DNA of 64,000 nt, from assembly GCF_004010195.1 (NCBI RefSeq), contig NC_057718.1:67234588-67298587 (forward strand). The letters are read 5' to 3'. This document shows positions 51,074-62,494 of the stretch, piece by piece; the stretch's first letter is position 1; the number at the start of each line of letters is the position of its first letter. The translations under genes were made by a program, and so were the position numbers. A model generated the notes under the pieces. The model had not been told where the DNA came from, did no database searches, and was given only the letters and a program-made list of their open reading frames with translations. This DNA is from Chiloscyllium plagiosum (taxonomy: Eukaryota).

Positions 51074-51180
51074 GAAACGTCGATTTTGCCTGTCCTCGGA
51101 TTCTGCCTGAATTGCTGTGCTCTTCCAGCACCACTGATCCAGAATCTTGTTTCCAGCATCTGCAGTCATTGTTTTTACCT
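51074..51180 (+). mobile_element. PLE-derived mini-element starting at the hammerhead GAAAC
   Basis: GAAACGTCGATTTTGCCTGTCCTCGG...CTGCAGTCATTGTTTTTACCT; same subfamily as 7031-7141. Confidence 0.85.
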
Positions 51181-51192
51181 ACCTAATATCCT

Positions 51193-54100
51193 GCACAGCC
51201 ACAACATGACCTCCTAACTCCTGTACTCAACACTCTGACCAATAAAGGAAAGCATACCAAACGCCTTCTTCACTATCCTATCTACCTGCGACTCCACTTT
51301 CAAGGAGCTATGAATCTGCACTCCAAGGTCTCTTTGTTCAGCAGCACTCCCTAGGACCTTACCATTAAGTGTATAAGTCCTGCTAAGATTTGCTTTCCCA
51401 AAATGCAACACTTCACATTTATCTAACTTAAACTCCATCTGCCACGTCTCAGCCCATTGGCCCATCTGATTAAGATGCCATTGTAATCTGAGGTAAACTT
51501 CTTCACTGTCCACTACACCTCCAATTTTGGTGTCATTAGCAAACTTATTAACTATACCTCTTATGCTCACAGGCATCCAGTCTGAAAAACAACCCTCCAC
51601 CACCACCCTCTGTCTTCTACCTTTGAGCCAATTCTGTATCCAAATGGCGAGTTCTCCCTGTATTCCATGAATTTAACCTTGCTCACCAGTCTCCCATGGG
51701 GAACCTGGTCGAACGCCTTACTGAACACCATATAGATCACATCTACCTCTCTTCCCTCATCAATCCTCAGAACTCAATCACGTTTGTGAGACATGATTTC
51801 CCATGCTCAAAGCATGTTGACTATCCCTAATCAGTCTTTGCCTTTCCAAATACATGTACATCCTGTCCCTCAGGATTCCCTCCAGCAATGTGCCCACCAC
51901 TGACACCAGGATCACCAGTCTATAGTTCCCTGGCTTTTCCTTACCACCTCTCTTAAATAGTGGCACCATGTTAGCCAACCTCCAGTCTTCCTGCACCTCA
52001 CCTGTGACGATCGATGCTACAAATATCTGAGTAAGAGGCCCAGCAATCACTTCCCTAGCTTCCCACAGGGTTCTAAGATAAACTTGACCAGGTCCTGAGG
52101 ATTTATCCACTTTTATGCGTTTCAAGACATCCAGCACTTCCTCCTCTATAATATGGATATTTTTCAAGATGTCACCATCTATTTCCCCACATTCTATATC
52201 TTCCATGTCCTTTTCCACAGTAAATACTGATGCAAAATACTCATTTAGTATCTGCCCTATCTCCTGCGGCTCCACACAAAGGCCACCTTGCTGATCTTTG
52301 AGGGACCCTATTCTCTCCCTAGTTACCCTTTTGTCCTTAATGTATTTGTAAAATCACTTTGGATTCTCATTCACTCTATTTGCCAAAGCTATCTCATGTC
52401 CCCTTTTTGCCCTTTTGATTTCTCTCTTAAGTATAATCCTACTGCCTTTATACTCTTCTAAGGATTCACTTCATCTATCCTGTCTATCCTTGACATATGC
52501 TTCCTTCTTTTTCTTAACCAAACCCTCAATTTCTTTAGTCATCCAGCATTCCCTATACCTACCAGCCTTTCCTTTCCCCCTAACAGGAATATAATGTTTC
52601 TGGACTCTTGTTATCTCATTTCTGAAGGTTTCCCATTTTCCAGCCGTCCCTTTACCTGCGAACATCTGCACCCAATCAGCTTTTGAAAGTTCTTGCCTAA
52701 TACCATCAAAATTTGCCTTCCTCCAATTTAGAACTTCAGCTTTTAGGTCTGGTCTATCCTTTTCCATCACTATTTTATATAGAACTATGGTTGCTGGCCC
52801 CAAAGTACTCCCCTACTGACACCTCAGTCACCAACTGCCTTATTTCCCAAGAGTAGGTCAAGCTTTGCACCTTTACTAGTAGGTAGATTCACATTCTGAA
52901 TCAGAAAATTTTCTTGTACAAACTTAACAAATTCCTCTCCATCTAAACCCTTAACACTATGGCAGTCCCAGTCTATGTTTGCAAAGTTAAAATCCCATAC
53001 CCTATTATTCTTACAGATAACTGAGATCTCCTTACAAATTTGTTTCTCAATTTCCCTCTGACTATTAGGGAGTCTATAATACAATCCAAATAAGGTCATT
53101 ATCCCTTTCTTATTTCTCACTTCCACACAAATAACTTCCCTGGATGTATTTCTGGGAATATCCTCCCTCAGTTCAGCTTATCAAAAACGCCACTCCCCCT
53201 CCTCTCTTGCCTCCCTTTCTGTCCTTCCTGTAGCATTTGTATCCTGGAACATTAGGCTGCCAGTCCTGCCCATCCCTGAGCCATGTTTCTGTAATTGCTA
53301 TGATATCCCAGTCCCATGTTCTTAACCATGCCCTGAGTTCATCTGCCTTCCCTGTTTGGCCTCTTGCACTGAAATAAATGCAGTGTAATTTATCAGTCCT
53401 AAATGTTCACTGCTTTGTCCCTGCCTGCCCTGACTGTTTGACTCACCTTTGTTCTCAACTGTACCAGTCTCAGATTGAAATCTTTCCTCACTATCCCCCT
53501 GGGTCCCACCCCCCACCTTACTAGTTTAAATCCTCCCAAGCAGCTCCAGCAGATTTCCCTGCCAGTATATTAGTCCCCTTCCAATTTAGGTGTGATCCAT
53601 CCTTCTTGTACAGGTCACTTCTACCCCAAAACAGCTTCCAATGATCCAAAAATGTGAATCCTTCTCCCATACACAGCTCCTCAGCCATGCATTCATCTAC
53701 TCTATCCTCCTATTCCTGTCCTCACTAGCTCATAGCATCGGGAGTAATCCAGATATTACTACTCTTTAAGACCTCCTTTTTACTTCCTGCCTAACTCTCT
53801 GTAATCTCCCTTCAGAATCTCAACCTTTTCCCGTCCTATGTCATTGGTTCCAATGTGGATAATGACCTTCTGCTGGCCCCTCTCCCCCGTGAGAACATTC
53901 TGCACCCTCTCTGAGCCATCCTTGATCCTGGAACCAGGGAAGCAACACACCATTCTAATTTTTCTTTGCTAGCCATAGAAACGTCTGTCTGTACCTTGGA
54001 CTAGAGAATCCCCTAATACAATTGATCATTTGGAACCCGACATACCTTTCATTACATTACAATCAGTCTCAATACCAGAAACTTGGCTGCTTGTGCTACG

Positions 54101-54817
54101 TTCCCCTGAGAATCCATCACCCCCTACATTTTCCAAAACAGCATACTTGTTTGAAATGGGGATAGCCACAGAAGACTCCTGCACTACCTGACTACCTCTC
54201 TTACCTTTCCTGGAGTTAACCCATCTATGTGACTGTATCTGAGACTTCCCCCCTTCCTATAATTGCCATCCATCACATCCCCTTGCTCTTGTAAATTCCT
54301 CATTTCCTCTAACTGCCTCTCCAACCGATCCAATCAATCTGATAGGATTCGCAACCAATGGCATTTATTGCAGATATCATCCTCAGTAACCCGTAAACTC
54401 TCCCTAAACTTCCACACCCGACAAGAAGAGCATATCACTCTACTAAGGGCCAATTTTGCTTCTTTCAATCTACAAACCCAGAATTTAGCACTCTCACATT
54501 CCTCTACAAAATACTGCTTCAGGTTAAATTAATACTTACAGCTTACATTTTAAGTTTAGTCAAGAGACACAGCTCAATAAAACATATAATCAAGAAAGAA
54601 CCCACTCTACTCACGACTGCAGACTTATTTTAAGGCCACGCTTAAAATCCACTTATCTGCTTCTGTGCTGTGACCTCTCCCGGACAGGTGCCTCCAAGAT
54701 CAGTTGTGATTTCACTGTTTTTTAATTTTCCCAGGTGCACTCCGATGTCCAGTGATATATGAATTCAACAGCAAAGGCAGTAACTGCTAACTCTGTCAGT
54801 TAGCAGTGTGGATTTCT

Positions 54818-54858
<41 letters not shown>

Positions 54859-55083
54859 CTGCACTGGCCTCACCATGTGCTGCCTTTGTCTGTTCCTCTC
54901 CCTTTTAAAAGTGCTGTTGTTTTGACTTTTTTTTCTCCAAAGTTCCAAAACAATGCAACAACATATAAAACAGTAATTGCAGCTCCTGGAATTCGAGGAA
55001 ATCACCTCCAACACCTAAATACCTCAAAAAAGGAGCAGCTGTTAAAGCCAGAAATTTTTTCTCTCCTCCATTTTGGATTGCCC
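51193..55083 (-). mobile_element. CR1 LINE retaining 5' UTR, ORF1, EN and RT but lacking its 3' end
   Basis: The 5' end GGGCAATCCAAAATGGAGG, (GA)n in the UTR, the ORF1 esterase, EVRNKKG..YYRLPNS and KFANDTKIGG. Confidence 0.9.
54823..54856 (+). repeat. (CT)n microsatellite in the CR1 5' UTR
   Basis: Directly visible. Confidence 0.95.
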
Positions 55084-55128
55084 AGAGTCCACATATTTGT
55101 ATTGTTTCCTTCACCTGGCAATATAGCA

Positions 55129-55347
55129 CAGGCAGTCCCCAGGTTGGAAACAGATTCTGTCATTGAGTCCATTTGCAAGCTGATTTGTACACAAGTCAGA
55201 GCAGAATGCAGGACAATATAAAATAGTTGTTTGATTGTATAGGAAATGTTTGTGTGTCAGACCCTTAAAATTATATTCCTATATGGGATCGCGTTCGTAT
55301 GAAACAAGTGTTCAAAAGTTGAATGTTTGTAAGTCAGGGGCCCCTTG
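55129..55347. mobile_element. Tigger-like MITE, degenerate
   Basis: CAGGCAGTCCCCAGGTT... / ...GTAAGTCAGGGGCCCCTTG imperfect TIRs. Confidence 0.55.
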
Positions 55348-56671
55348 CACTGAAGTCCATTGTCCCTTCAAATGAAATTGTTCTATTTAAAATCTCTGCT
55401 TCCTTTGTCAAATTTATCAATTGTCAACTCCAATTAGTCTGAAACGATTTAAATAATTCTATTTGCAATTTTGAAACTCTATTGTGTCATCTCAGAATCT
55501 CCAATTTTCTGAAGAAAATCCAAATTCTTGTAGCTGTTTTGTTTTCAAGTTTATTTTATCCATAATCCTTTTAATAAAATCATTGAATAAAACTCCTGAT
55601 TTATCAGTTGGAGATCATTCCAAATCGCAATTGCTTTTACGTTATGAATTGAATTGAATGCCAGGTTTGTAATACCTTAACCACAGCCCACATTTTCATT
55701 ATAATATCAATTGAGATATTAATTTCTGTTAGTTTGGAATATGTTCATCCTTTGCACCAATTGTCATATGCTCTTCTTCCCACTGAAATTTGATTAACTG
55801 GAAAATCAATTTTTTTTCTTTGATTACTTGGTGCAAAATGCATTATATTTAGGCATGCAGATATTAGATGTACAGAACCAGTTCTACAGAGAATTAGCTG
55901 CCAGAGAACAGGCGTGTATCCCTGTAGGCAAATCTCGCACATGCTGAGTTCATCATAAAGAAATGGAAATGCTTCATACACTGAAATTATTATATTTAGC
56001 ACTTAAGAGTGCAGTGGACTGACTGATTGAAAGTTTGGTATTCTGACTCTGTAAGCAGTTTCATTAAATGAGGCTGCAGAGTTAGTGATTGTACCACCAA
56101 CAATCTGTCAAAAATAAACATAGGGTAACAAGATATAATCTTAAACTGATTACAAAACAAGTAACACTTGATCTTGCTATACCTAAAATGACTGCTTTTG
56201 GGAAATGGGCAGCTTGCTACATTCTAGCTTCCCCCCCCCCCCCCCACCCCCTTCGGCCAACGTGAGATTGGCTATGCGTACCTTTTGTTACAAGTGGACG
56301 TGGACTCTATACAATGTCTGTCACAGTAGCTGATCCTGAGAAAAGATGGGGAGGCAAAGACCTGGTTTGGTTAAAATATCAATTTTAAAATATCACATAA
56401 GTAAAACGGAGAAAATGTTGGTAAACCAGAAGACCAAAAATCATGATCTCCTATTGATCCATTCAGGTCATGGCAATGCATACTTCTGCCCTGCCATTAT
56501 CCTCTCAATATTTATGTTCCATGTTTAAGTACATGATACCTTTAAATTTATTTATATGGCATCATTTGGACTGTAGATTAATGGATACAACTTGTAAACC
56601 ACCTGTACAGTAGCTTCAAGGTTACTACATGGTTAGGCCACACACCCTGGAGAAAACATTGCTGTCTGCCT

Positions 56672-56881
56672 CACAAATAGAAATTGCTGGAAAAGCTCAG
56701 TAGGTCTGGCAGCACCTGTGGAGAGAACCAAAATTAACGTTTCGGGTTGAGTTCTGAGTAAGGGACACTCAACCCGAAACGTTAACCTGATTCTCCCACA
56801 AATGCTGCCCGACTGCTGAGCTTTTCCAGCAAATTTTATTTGTGTCTCTGATTTACAGCATCTACAGTTATTTTGGTTTTT
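56672..56881. mobile_element. Fold-back PLE-derived element (third hammerhead family)
   Basis: Inverted arms CACAAATAGAAATTGCTGGAAAAGCTCAG / CTGAGCTTTTCCAGCAAATTTTATTTGTG; TSD ATTG(C/G)TGTCT(G/A)CCT at 56658-56671 and 56882-56895. Confidence 0.88.
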
Positions 56882-57339
56882 ATTGGTGTCTACCTGTTAA
56901 TTTAAATGATAATGGTGGAGAGTCCAGCATTAAGCATGCTGCTAAGTGACTGCATGTCTGAGCAGGGAGCCTACATTCGGACAAAGCTAGCACCATTTAA
57001 AACTAACCTGTGATACTCAAAGATTGTCTACCTCTTTAAACATGATGCACTACGTCTGGAGCAGATGTTGAAAGTTAAAGAAGAGTTTAACAGCAGAAAG
57101 AGAATGTAAATGATGCAACAGGACAGAAAGTATGACTCAAAGCTCTCCAATGCAGCCCTGGAGGCCTTAGTGCATGAGATTTGATTTGATGTGATTTATT
57201 TTTGTCATGTGTACCTAAGTACAGAGAAAAATTTTGTGCTGTGTGCAGTACAGCAGATCATAACATATAAAGATTTAAGGGTGATTGAACAGAGCAAGGA
57301 ATGCAGAAGTTATGACTTCAATGAAGGTGTACAAAAAGC

Positions 57340-57595
57340 GGGTGTCACGGTGGCACAGTGGTTAGCACTGCTGCCTCGCAGCACCAGAGACCTGGGTTCG
57401 AATCCTGCTTCAGGTGACTAACTGTGTGGAGTTTGCACATTCTCCTCATGTCTGTGTGGGTTTGCTTTGGTTTCCTCAGGTGAATTGGCCATGCAAAATT
57501 GCCCGTAGTGTTAGGTGAAGGGGTATGGGTGGGTTGCGCTTTGGTGTGGACTTGTTGGGCCGAAGGGCCTGTTTCCACACTGTAGGTAATCTAAT
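57340..57595 (+). mobile_element. HE1-type SINE
   Basis: GGTGGCACAGTGGTTAGCACTGC, GGTTCGAATCC and tail GAAGGGCCTGTTTCCACACTGTAG. Confidence 0.92.
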
Positions 57596-57687
57596 TCTTT
57601 TTTAAAAAAGCAATATCAACATTACATTTGAAATTTGAGAGACCCATTCAGAAGTCTAATGGGGGGAAAGCTGTTCTTGAACTTGTT

Positions 57688-59453
57688 AGGGACATGAGAA
57701 GTTATTGGCAGATAGAATCAAGGAAAATCCTAAAGCTTTGTATAGGTATATCAGGAATAAAAGAATGACTAAAGTAAGATTAGGGCCAATCAAGGGTGGT
57801 AGTGGAGTCTGAAGAGATAGGAGAAGTGCTAAATGAATATTTTTTGTCAATATTCACACTAGAAAATGACAATGTTGTTGAGGAGAATACTGAAATAAAG
57901 CTACTACACTGGACAGGATTGAGGTTCACAAGGAGGAGATGTTAGCAATTCTGTAAAGTGTGAAAATAGGTAAATCCCCTGGGCTGGATGGGATTTATCC
58001 CAGAATTCTCTGGGAAGCCAGGGAAGAGATTGCAGAGCCTTTGGCTTTGATCTTTATGTTGTCATTGCCTACAGGAATAGTGCCAGAAGACTGGAGAACA
58101 GCAAATGTTGTCCCCTTGTTCAAGAAGGGGAGCAGAGCCAACTCTGATAATTGTAGACCAGTGAGCCTTACTTCAGTTGTGGGTAAAGTGTTGGGAAAGG
58201 TGAAAAGAGGTAAGATTTATAATCATCTAGAAAATAATAAGTTGATTAGGGATAGTCAATGTGGTTTTGTGAAGGGTAGGTGGTGCCTCACAATCTTTAT
58301 TGAGTTCTTTGAGAAGGTGACTAAACAGGTGGATGAGGTTAAAGTGGTTGATGTGACTATGGATTTCAGTAAAACATGGTCGGCTATTGCACAAAATATA
58401 GAGGTATAGGATTGAGGGTGAGTTAGTGGTTTGGATGAAAAATTGGTTAGCTAAAAGAAGGCAGAGGGTGGTGGTTGATGGGAAATGTTCATCCTGGAAT
58501 TCAATTACTAATGGTGCACTGCAAGGATCTGCTTTGGGGCCACCGCTGTATTTCATTTTTATAAATGACCTGGATGAGGGCGTAGGAGGATAGGTTAGTA
58601 AATTTGCAGATGACACTAAGGTCGGTGGAGTTATAGATAGTGCGGAAGAATGTTGTAGGTTACAGAGGGACATAATAAGCTGCAGAGCTGGGCTGAGTGG
58701 TGGCAAATAATGTGGAAAAGTGTGAGGTGATTCACTTTGGAAGGAGAAATAGGAATAAAGAGTACTGGGCTAATGGTAAGATTCATGGTAGCGTAGATGA
58801 GCAGAGAGATCTGTGTCCATGTACATAGATCCCTGGAAGTTGCCACCCAGGTCAGTAGGGTTGTTAAGAAGGCAAACGGTGTGTTAGCTTTTGTTGGGCG
58901 AGGGATTGATTTTCAGAGCCATTAGGTCATGCTACATCTGCACTTGGAGTATTGCATACAGTTATAGTCACTATAGGAAGGATGTGGAAGCTTTGGAAAG
59001 GGTTCAGAGAAGATTTACTAGGATGTTGCCTGGTATGGAGGGAAGATCTTATGAGGAAAGGCTGAGGGACTTGAGGCTGTTTTTGCCAGAGAGAAGATTG
59101 ACAGGTGACTTAATTGAGACATATCAGATAATCAGAGGATTAGATAGGGTGGATAGTGAGAGCCTTTTTCCTCAGATGGTGATGGTTAGCATGAGGGGAC
59201 ATAGCTTTAAATTGAGGGGTGATAGAAATAAGACAGATACAGAGGCAGTTTTTTTACTCAGTGAGTAGTAGGGACATGGAATGCCCTGCCCGCAACAGTA
59301 GTAGATTCGCCAACTTTAAGGGCATTTAAATGGTCATTGGATAAACATATGGATGAAAATGGAATAGTGTAGGATATATAGGCTTCAGGTTGGTTCCACA
59401 GGTCGGCACAACATCAAGGACTAAAGGGCCTGTACTGCGCTGCAATGTTCTAT
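57688..59453 (+). mobile_element. CR1 LINE, 5'-truncated (same subfamily as 26116-29566)
   Basis: KSPGLDGIYPRILWE, KFADDTK and RVQRRFTRMLPG; tail TGTTCTATG. Confidence 0.93.
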
Positions 59454-60138
59454 GTGTTTAAGCTTTTGTATATTCTGCCTATTGGAAGAGATTGGAAGAG
59501 ATTATAATCAGGATGGAAGAAGTCTTTGATGATGTTGGTTGCCTTTCTGCAACACGAGAAGTGCAGATAGAGTCAGTAGAAGGAAGGTTTGCTTGCATGA
59601 TGGTCTGGACAATGTTCACAACTTTCTGTAGTTTCTTACAGTCCCGGGCAAAGCAGTTGCCTTACCAAAACGTGATGCATCCAGATGGAATGTTTTCTAT
59701 GGTGCATCTGTAGATGTTTAAGAGGGAAAGAAAAGAGAAGAGACATCTTTTAGCCTCAGGGGACAAAGAAATCCTCCAGTTAAACATGATGTAGCAGTTG
59801 GGCAGAGAACTCTCGCAATAAATACCAGAAAGCAACCTCTAGGAACTTGTGTACGGTTTTGTCAAATGTATGCTGTCCCCGTAAGAAAGCTGGGAAATAC
59901 AACTGTTGTCTTGTAACGTGGTTAGCCAGTGACTTTCATCGAGCATGAGTTCCCTCATTGAGGCTGTTCCTCTGGTCTAATTATGGAAACCTGGTTGACA
60001 GATATAAACAGGAGTGTTCGAGATTCTGTTCACTCTGACAGCTGCTTCTACCGGAGTTAGATCAGTGAGATGGACTCTCCACGTGTAAGAAAAAGGTGAC
60101 TTTGTGCTGGGATACTGGCCTCTGTGAAATTATTTCAG

Positions 60139-60157
60139 TGGCGACAAGAGTGGGATT
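60139..60157 (+). promoter_or_regulatory. Primer-binding site, probably tRNA-Ser(GCT)
   Basis: TGGCGACAAGAGTGGGATT versus TGGCGACGAGGGTGGGATT, the complement of the tRNA-Ser-GCT 3' end as recalled; 1 nt after the LTR. Confidence 0.75.
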
Positions 60158-62084
60158 AATGATGTAACCATACAAAGTGCCTCCTAGCTGAAGCCCAACT
60201 GCATTTTAAACAGGCAGTACAGCTGGCTTTATCATTGAAAAATGTGGCAAGTGGAGCATATGAGTTGCAGGGTATTCTGATGAAAATGGATATCCCCACC
60301 AATCCAACTGAACTTGGGGAACACACTTGAGTGAAGGCAATTGCATTGCCTTAGTCAGGACATATCCTGAACAGAGAGAATCTAGGTCAGCCCAGGACAA
60401 AAAACAAGCCTTGACCAAACGGTTAATGTTTTCCACAGGATCAAGGCCAGCAAGCCATTCTAGTTGCTGCCAGTATGTGGACCCAAGACAGCAAAAAGAA
60501 TTCCACTAGACCTAAATTGAGTAAGAGAACTCATACAGTGCACACCCTGCAAAGTCAACCTACATCTGGTTTGGAACAGTTAAATTGTTTGGCAACATCC
60601 AAATCAGAACCAATCAAAAAAATTAGTCTAGTTAAATGATCACTTATTATAGTACAGGTTGACACTGGCACAGCTGTTACAGTAATCATAATACCAGTCT
60701 TTAATAAAATTCACTTTGGATTCCAACCTTTAAGTGTGTGCAAAAGCTCAGCTAGACTGAGAACCCAGATCAGGGAATCTTTACAAAATTGGGTAACACC
60801 CATTACAAGATAAAGTGAGGGTGATCAAAAGTGCCTTGGTTCCCATGTCAGTATCAGAGTTTAGGTCTTTCATTGGCCTGATGAGCTATTACGGAAAGTT
60901 CACATATAACCTGTTGCTCATCCTTTGGTACCTTTGCATCAACTCTTAATAAAGGGTCAATGTTGGAAATGGTTGCGTAGCCTTCAAGAAAGTGAAGAAG
61001 AAGCAATAATCCTCCAGTGTGTTGGCACACTATGGTCCCAAGTGAGATCTGGTATTGACATGCGATGTCCCCCCCATATGGCATTGGGGTAATATTAGTG
61101 CATAGGTAGCCTGATGAAGAGGAACGCCCAAAAGCATATGTATCCAGAACTTTGGCTAATGCAGAGTGTAAACATGCCCAGATAGAGAAGGAAGATTTGG
61201 CAGTTATTTTGAGAGTCAGGAAGTTCCACCAATATCCTTACAGACATAAATTTGAAATAATAATGGACCACAAACTCCTGCTAGGTCTACCTAAAGAGGA
61301 CAAGGCAGCGCAACCCAAAGCTTAAGACCAAATTCAGTGGTGGACTCTAATACCGTAATGCATATAATTACAAGTAGAGACACAGTTCAGGAGGCCAAGC
61401 TACAATTGAATCTCCTCCCACTGGCAGATACACACTGGTGGTACTGCCACTGGAAGAGTCGATAATGGTTTAAAATTTTCTGGACACACTTCCAGTTGCT
61501 GCAGAGGATGGCATATTATTATGTGGAGCAAGAGTGATTGTCCTGACCAAAGATTATTACCAGATATGGCTGAACTCCACCAGGTTATTCCAGAGGTTTC
61601 CAAAATGAAGATGTTGGCACGAAGTTATGCCTGTTGGCCAGGATTGGATGCATACATAGCTGTGTTGGTTGGGCAGTTCCCAGAATACCAACAAGGACAG
61701 AAATTACTGCCAGCACCTCTCCTACATTTGTGTGAATGATCAGCTAAACTCTGGACTCAGTTACACATTGACTAAGCAGGTCATTTCCTGTGCTCAATAT
61801 TCTTAGTCATTGTCGATGCTCACTCAAAAATCCCTGGACATACATACAGTACATTTGTCAATAACAGGGAGGATGATAGAAGAACTGCAGACATCTTTTG
61901 CAATATGTGGACTCCTGAAAGTGTTTGTCACAGATAATGGGCCATTGTATACCAGCAGGGAATTTGAGTATTTCCTGAAGTTGAATGGTATTCAATTAAG
62001 GACAGCTCTGTACCATCCATTCCCCCAATAGTCAGGCAGAAAGAGCTGTCCAACCTTTGAAGACAGGCTTAAGGAAACAGCCTA

Positions 62085-62209
62085 GGTGAAAGTGAGCAGA
62101 TGCTGGAGATTAGAGTCAAGATTAGAGTGGTGCTTGAAATACACAGCAGGTCAGGCAGCATCCGAGGAGCAGGAAAATCAATGTTTCGGGCAGAAGCCCT
62201 TCATCAGGA
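62085..62209 (-). mobile_element. PLE-derived mini-element with hammerhead motif, in the Gypsy integrase
   Basis: Minus strand CCTGATGAAGGGCTTCTGCCCGAAAC; perfect TSD AAGGAAACAGCCTA at 62071-62084 and 62210-62223. Confidence 0.92.
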
Positions 62210-62275
62210 AAGGAAACAGCCTACAGCTTCACTAGATACCAAACTGTCCCAGTTTCTATTCATTATAGGACCACC

Positions 62276-62494
62276 GTTGAAAATGTGTTGCTGGAAAAGC
62301 ACAGCAGGTCAGGCAGCATCCAAGGAGCAGGAGAATCGACGTTTCGGGCATGAGCCCTTCTTTAGGTTCCTGAAGAAGGGCTCATGCCCGAAACATTGAT
62401 TCTCCTGCTCCTTGGATGCTGCCTGACCTGCTGCGCTTTTCCAGCAACACATTTTCAGCTCTGATCTCCAGCATCTGCAGTCCTTGCTTTCTCC
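62276..62494. mobile_element. PLE-derived fold-back element with two opposed hammerhead motifs
   Basis: Inverted arms of about 90 bp meeting at 62366-62369; perfect TSD CATTATAGGACCACC at 62261-62275 and 62495-62509. Confidence 0.93.

Larger units (their letters stand above)
57179..59718 (-). mobile_element. Rex1/Babar LINE 3' fragment, interrupted by a SINE and a CR1
   Basis: NIYRCTIENIPSGCITFW*GNC..KKLQKVVN..HP..GRIYKSLNT (59718-59455) resumes as NKFKNSF at 57687; (CAAAT)n tail at 57179-57200. Confidence 0.88.
57110..59810 (+). mobile_element. PIF/Harbinger Myb/SANT-like gene remnant, split into 57110-57178 and about 59720-59810
   Basis: MMQQDRKYDSKLSNAALEALVHE | ..KRRDIF*PQG..W: the typical Harbinger Myb-like N-terminal pattern. 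Confidence 0.55.
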
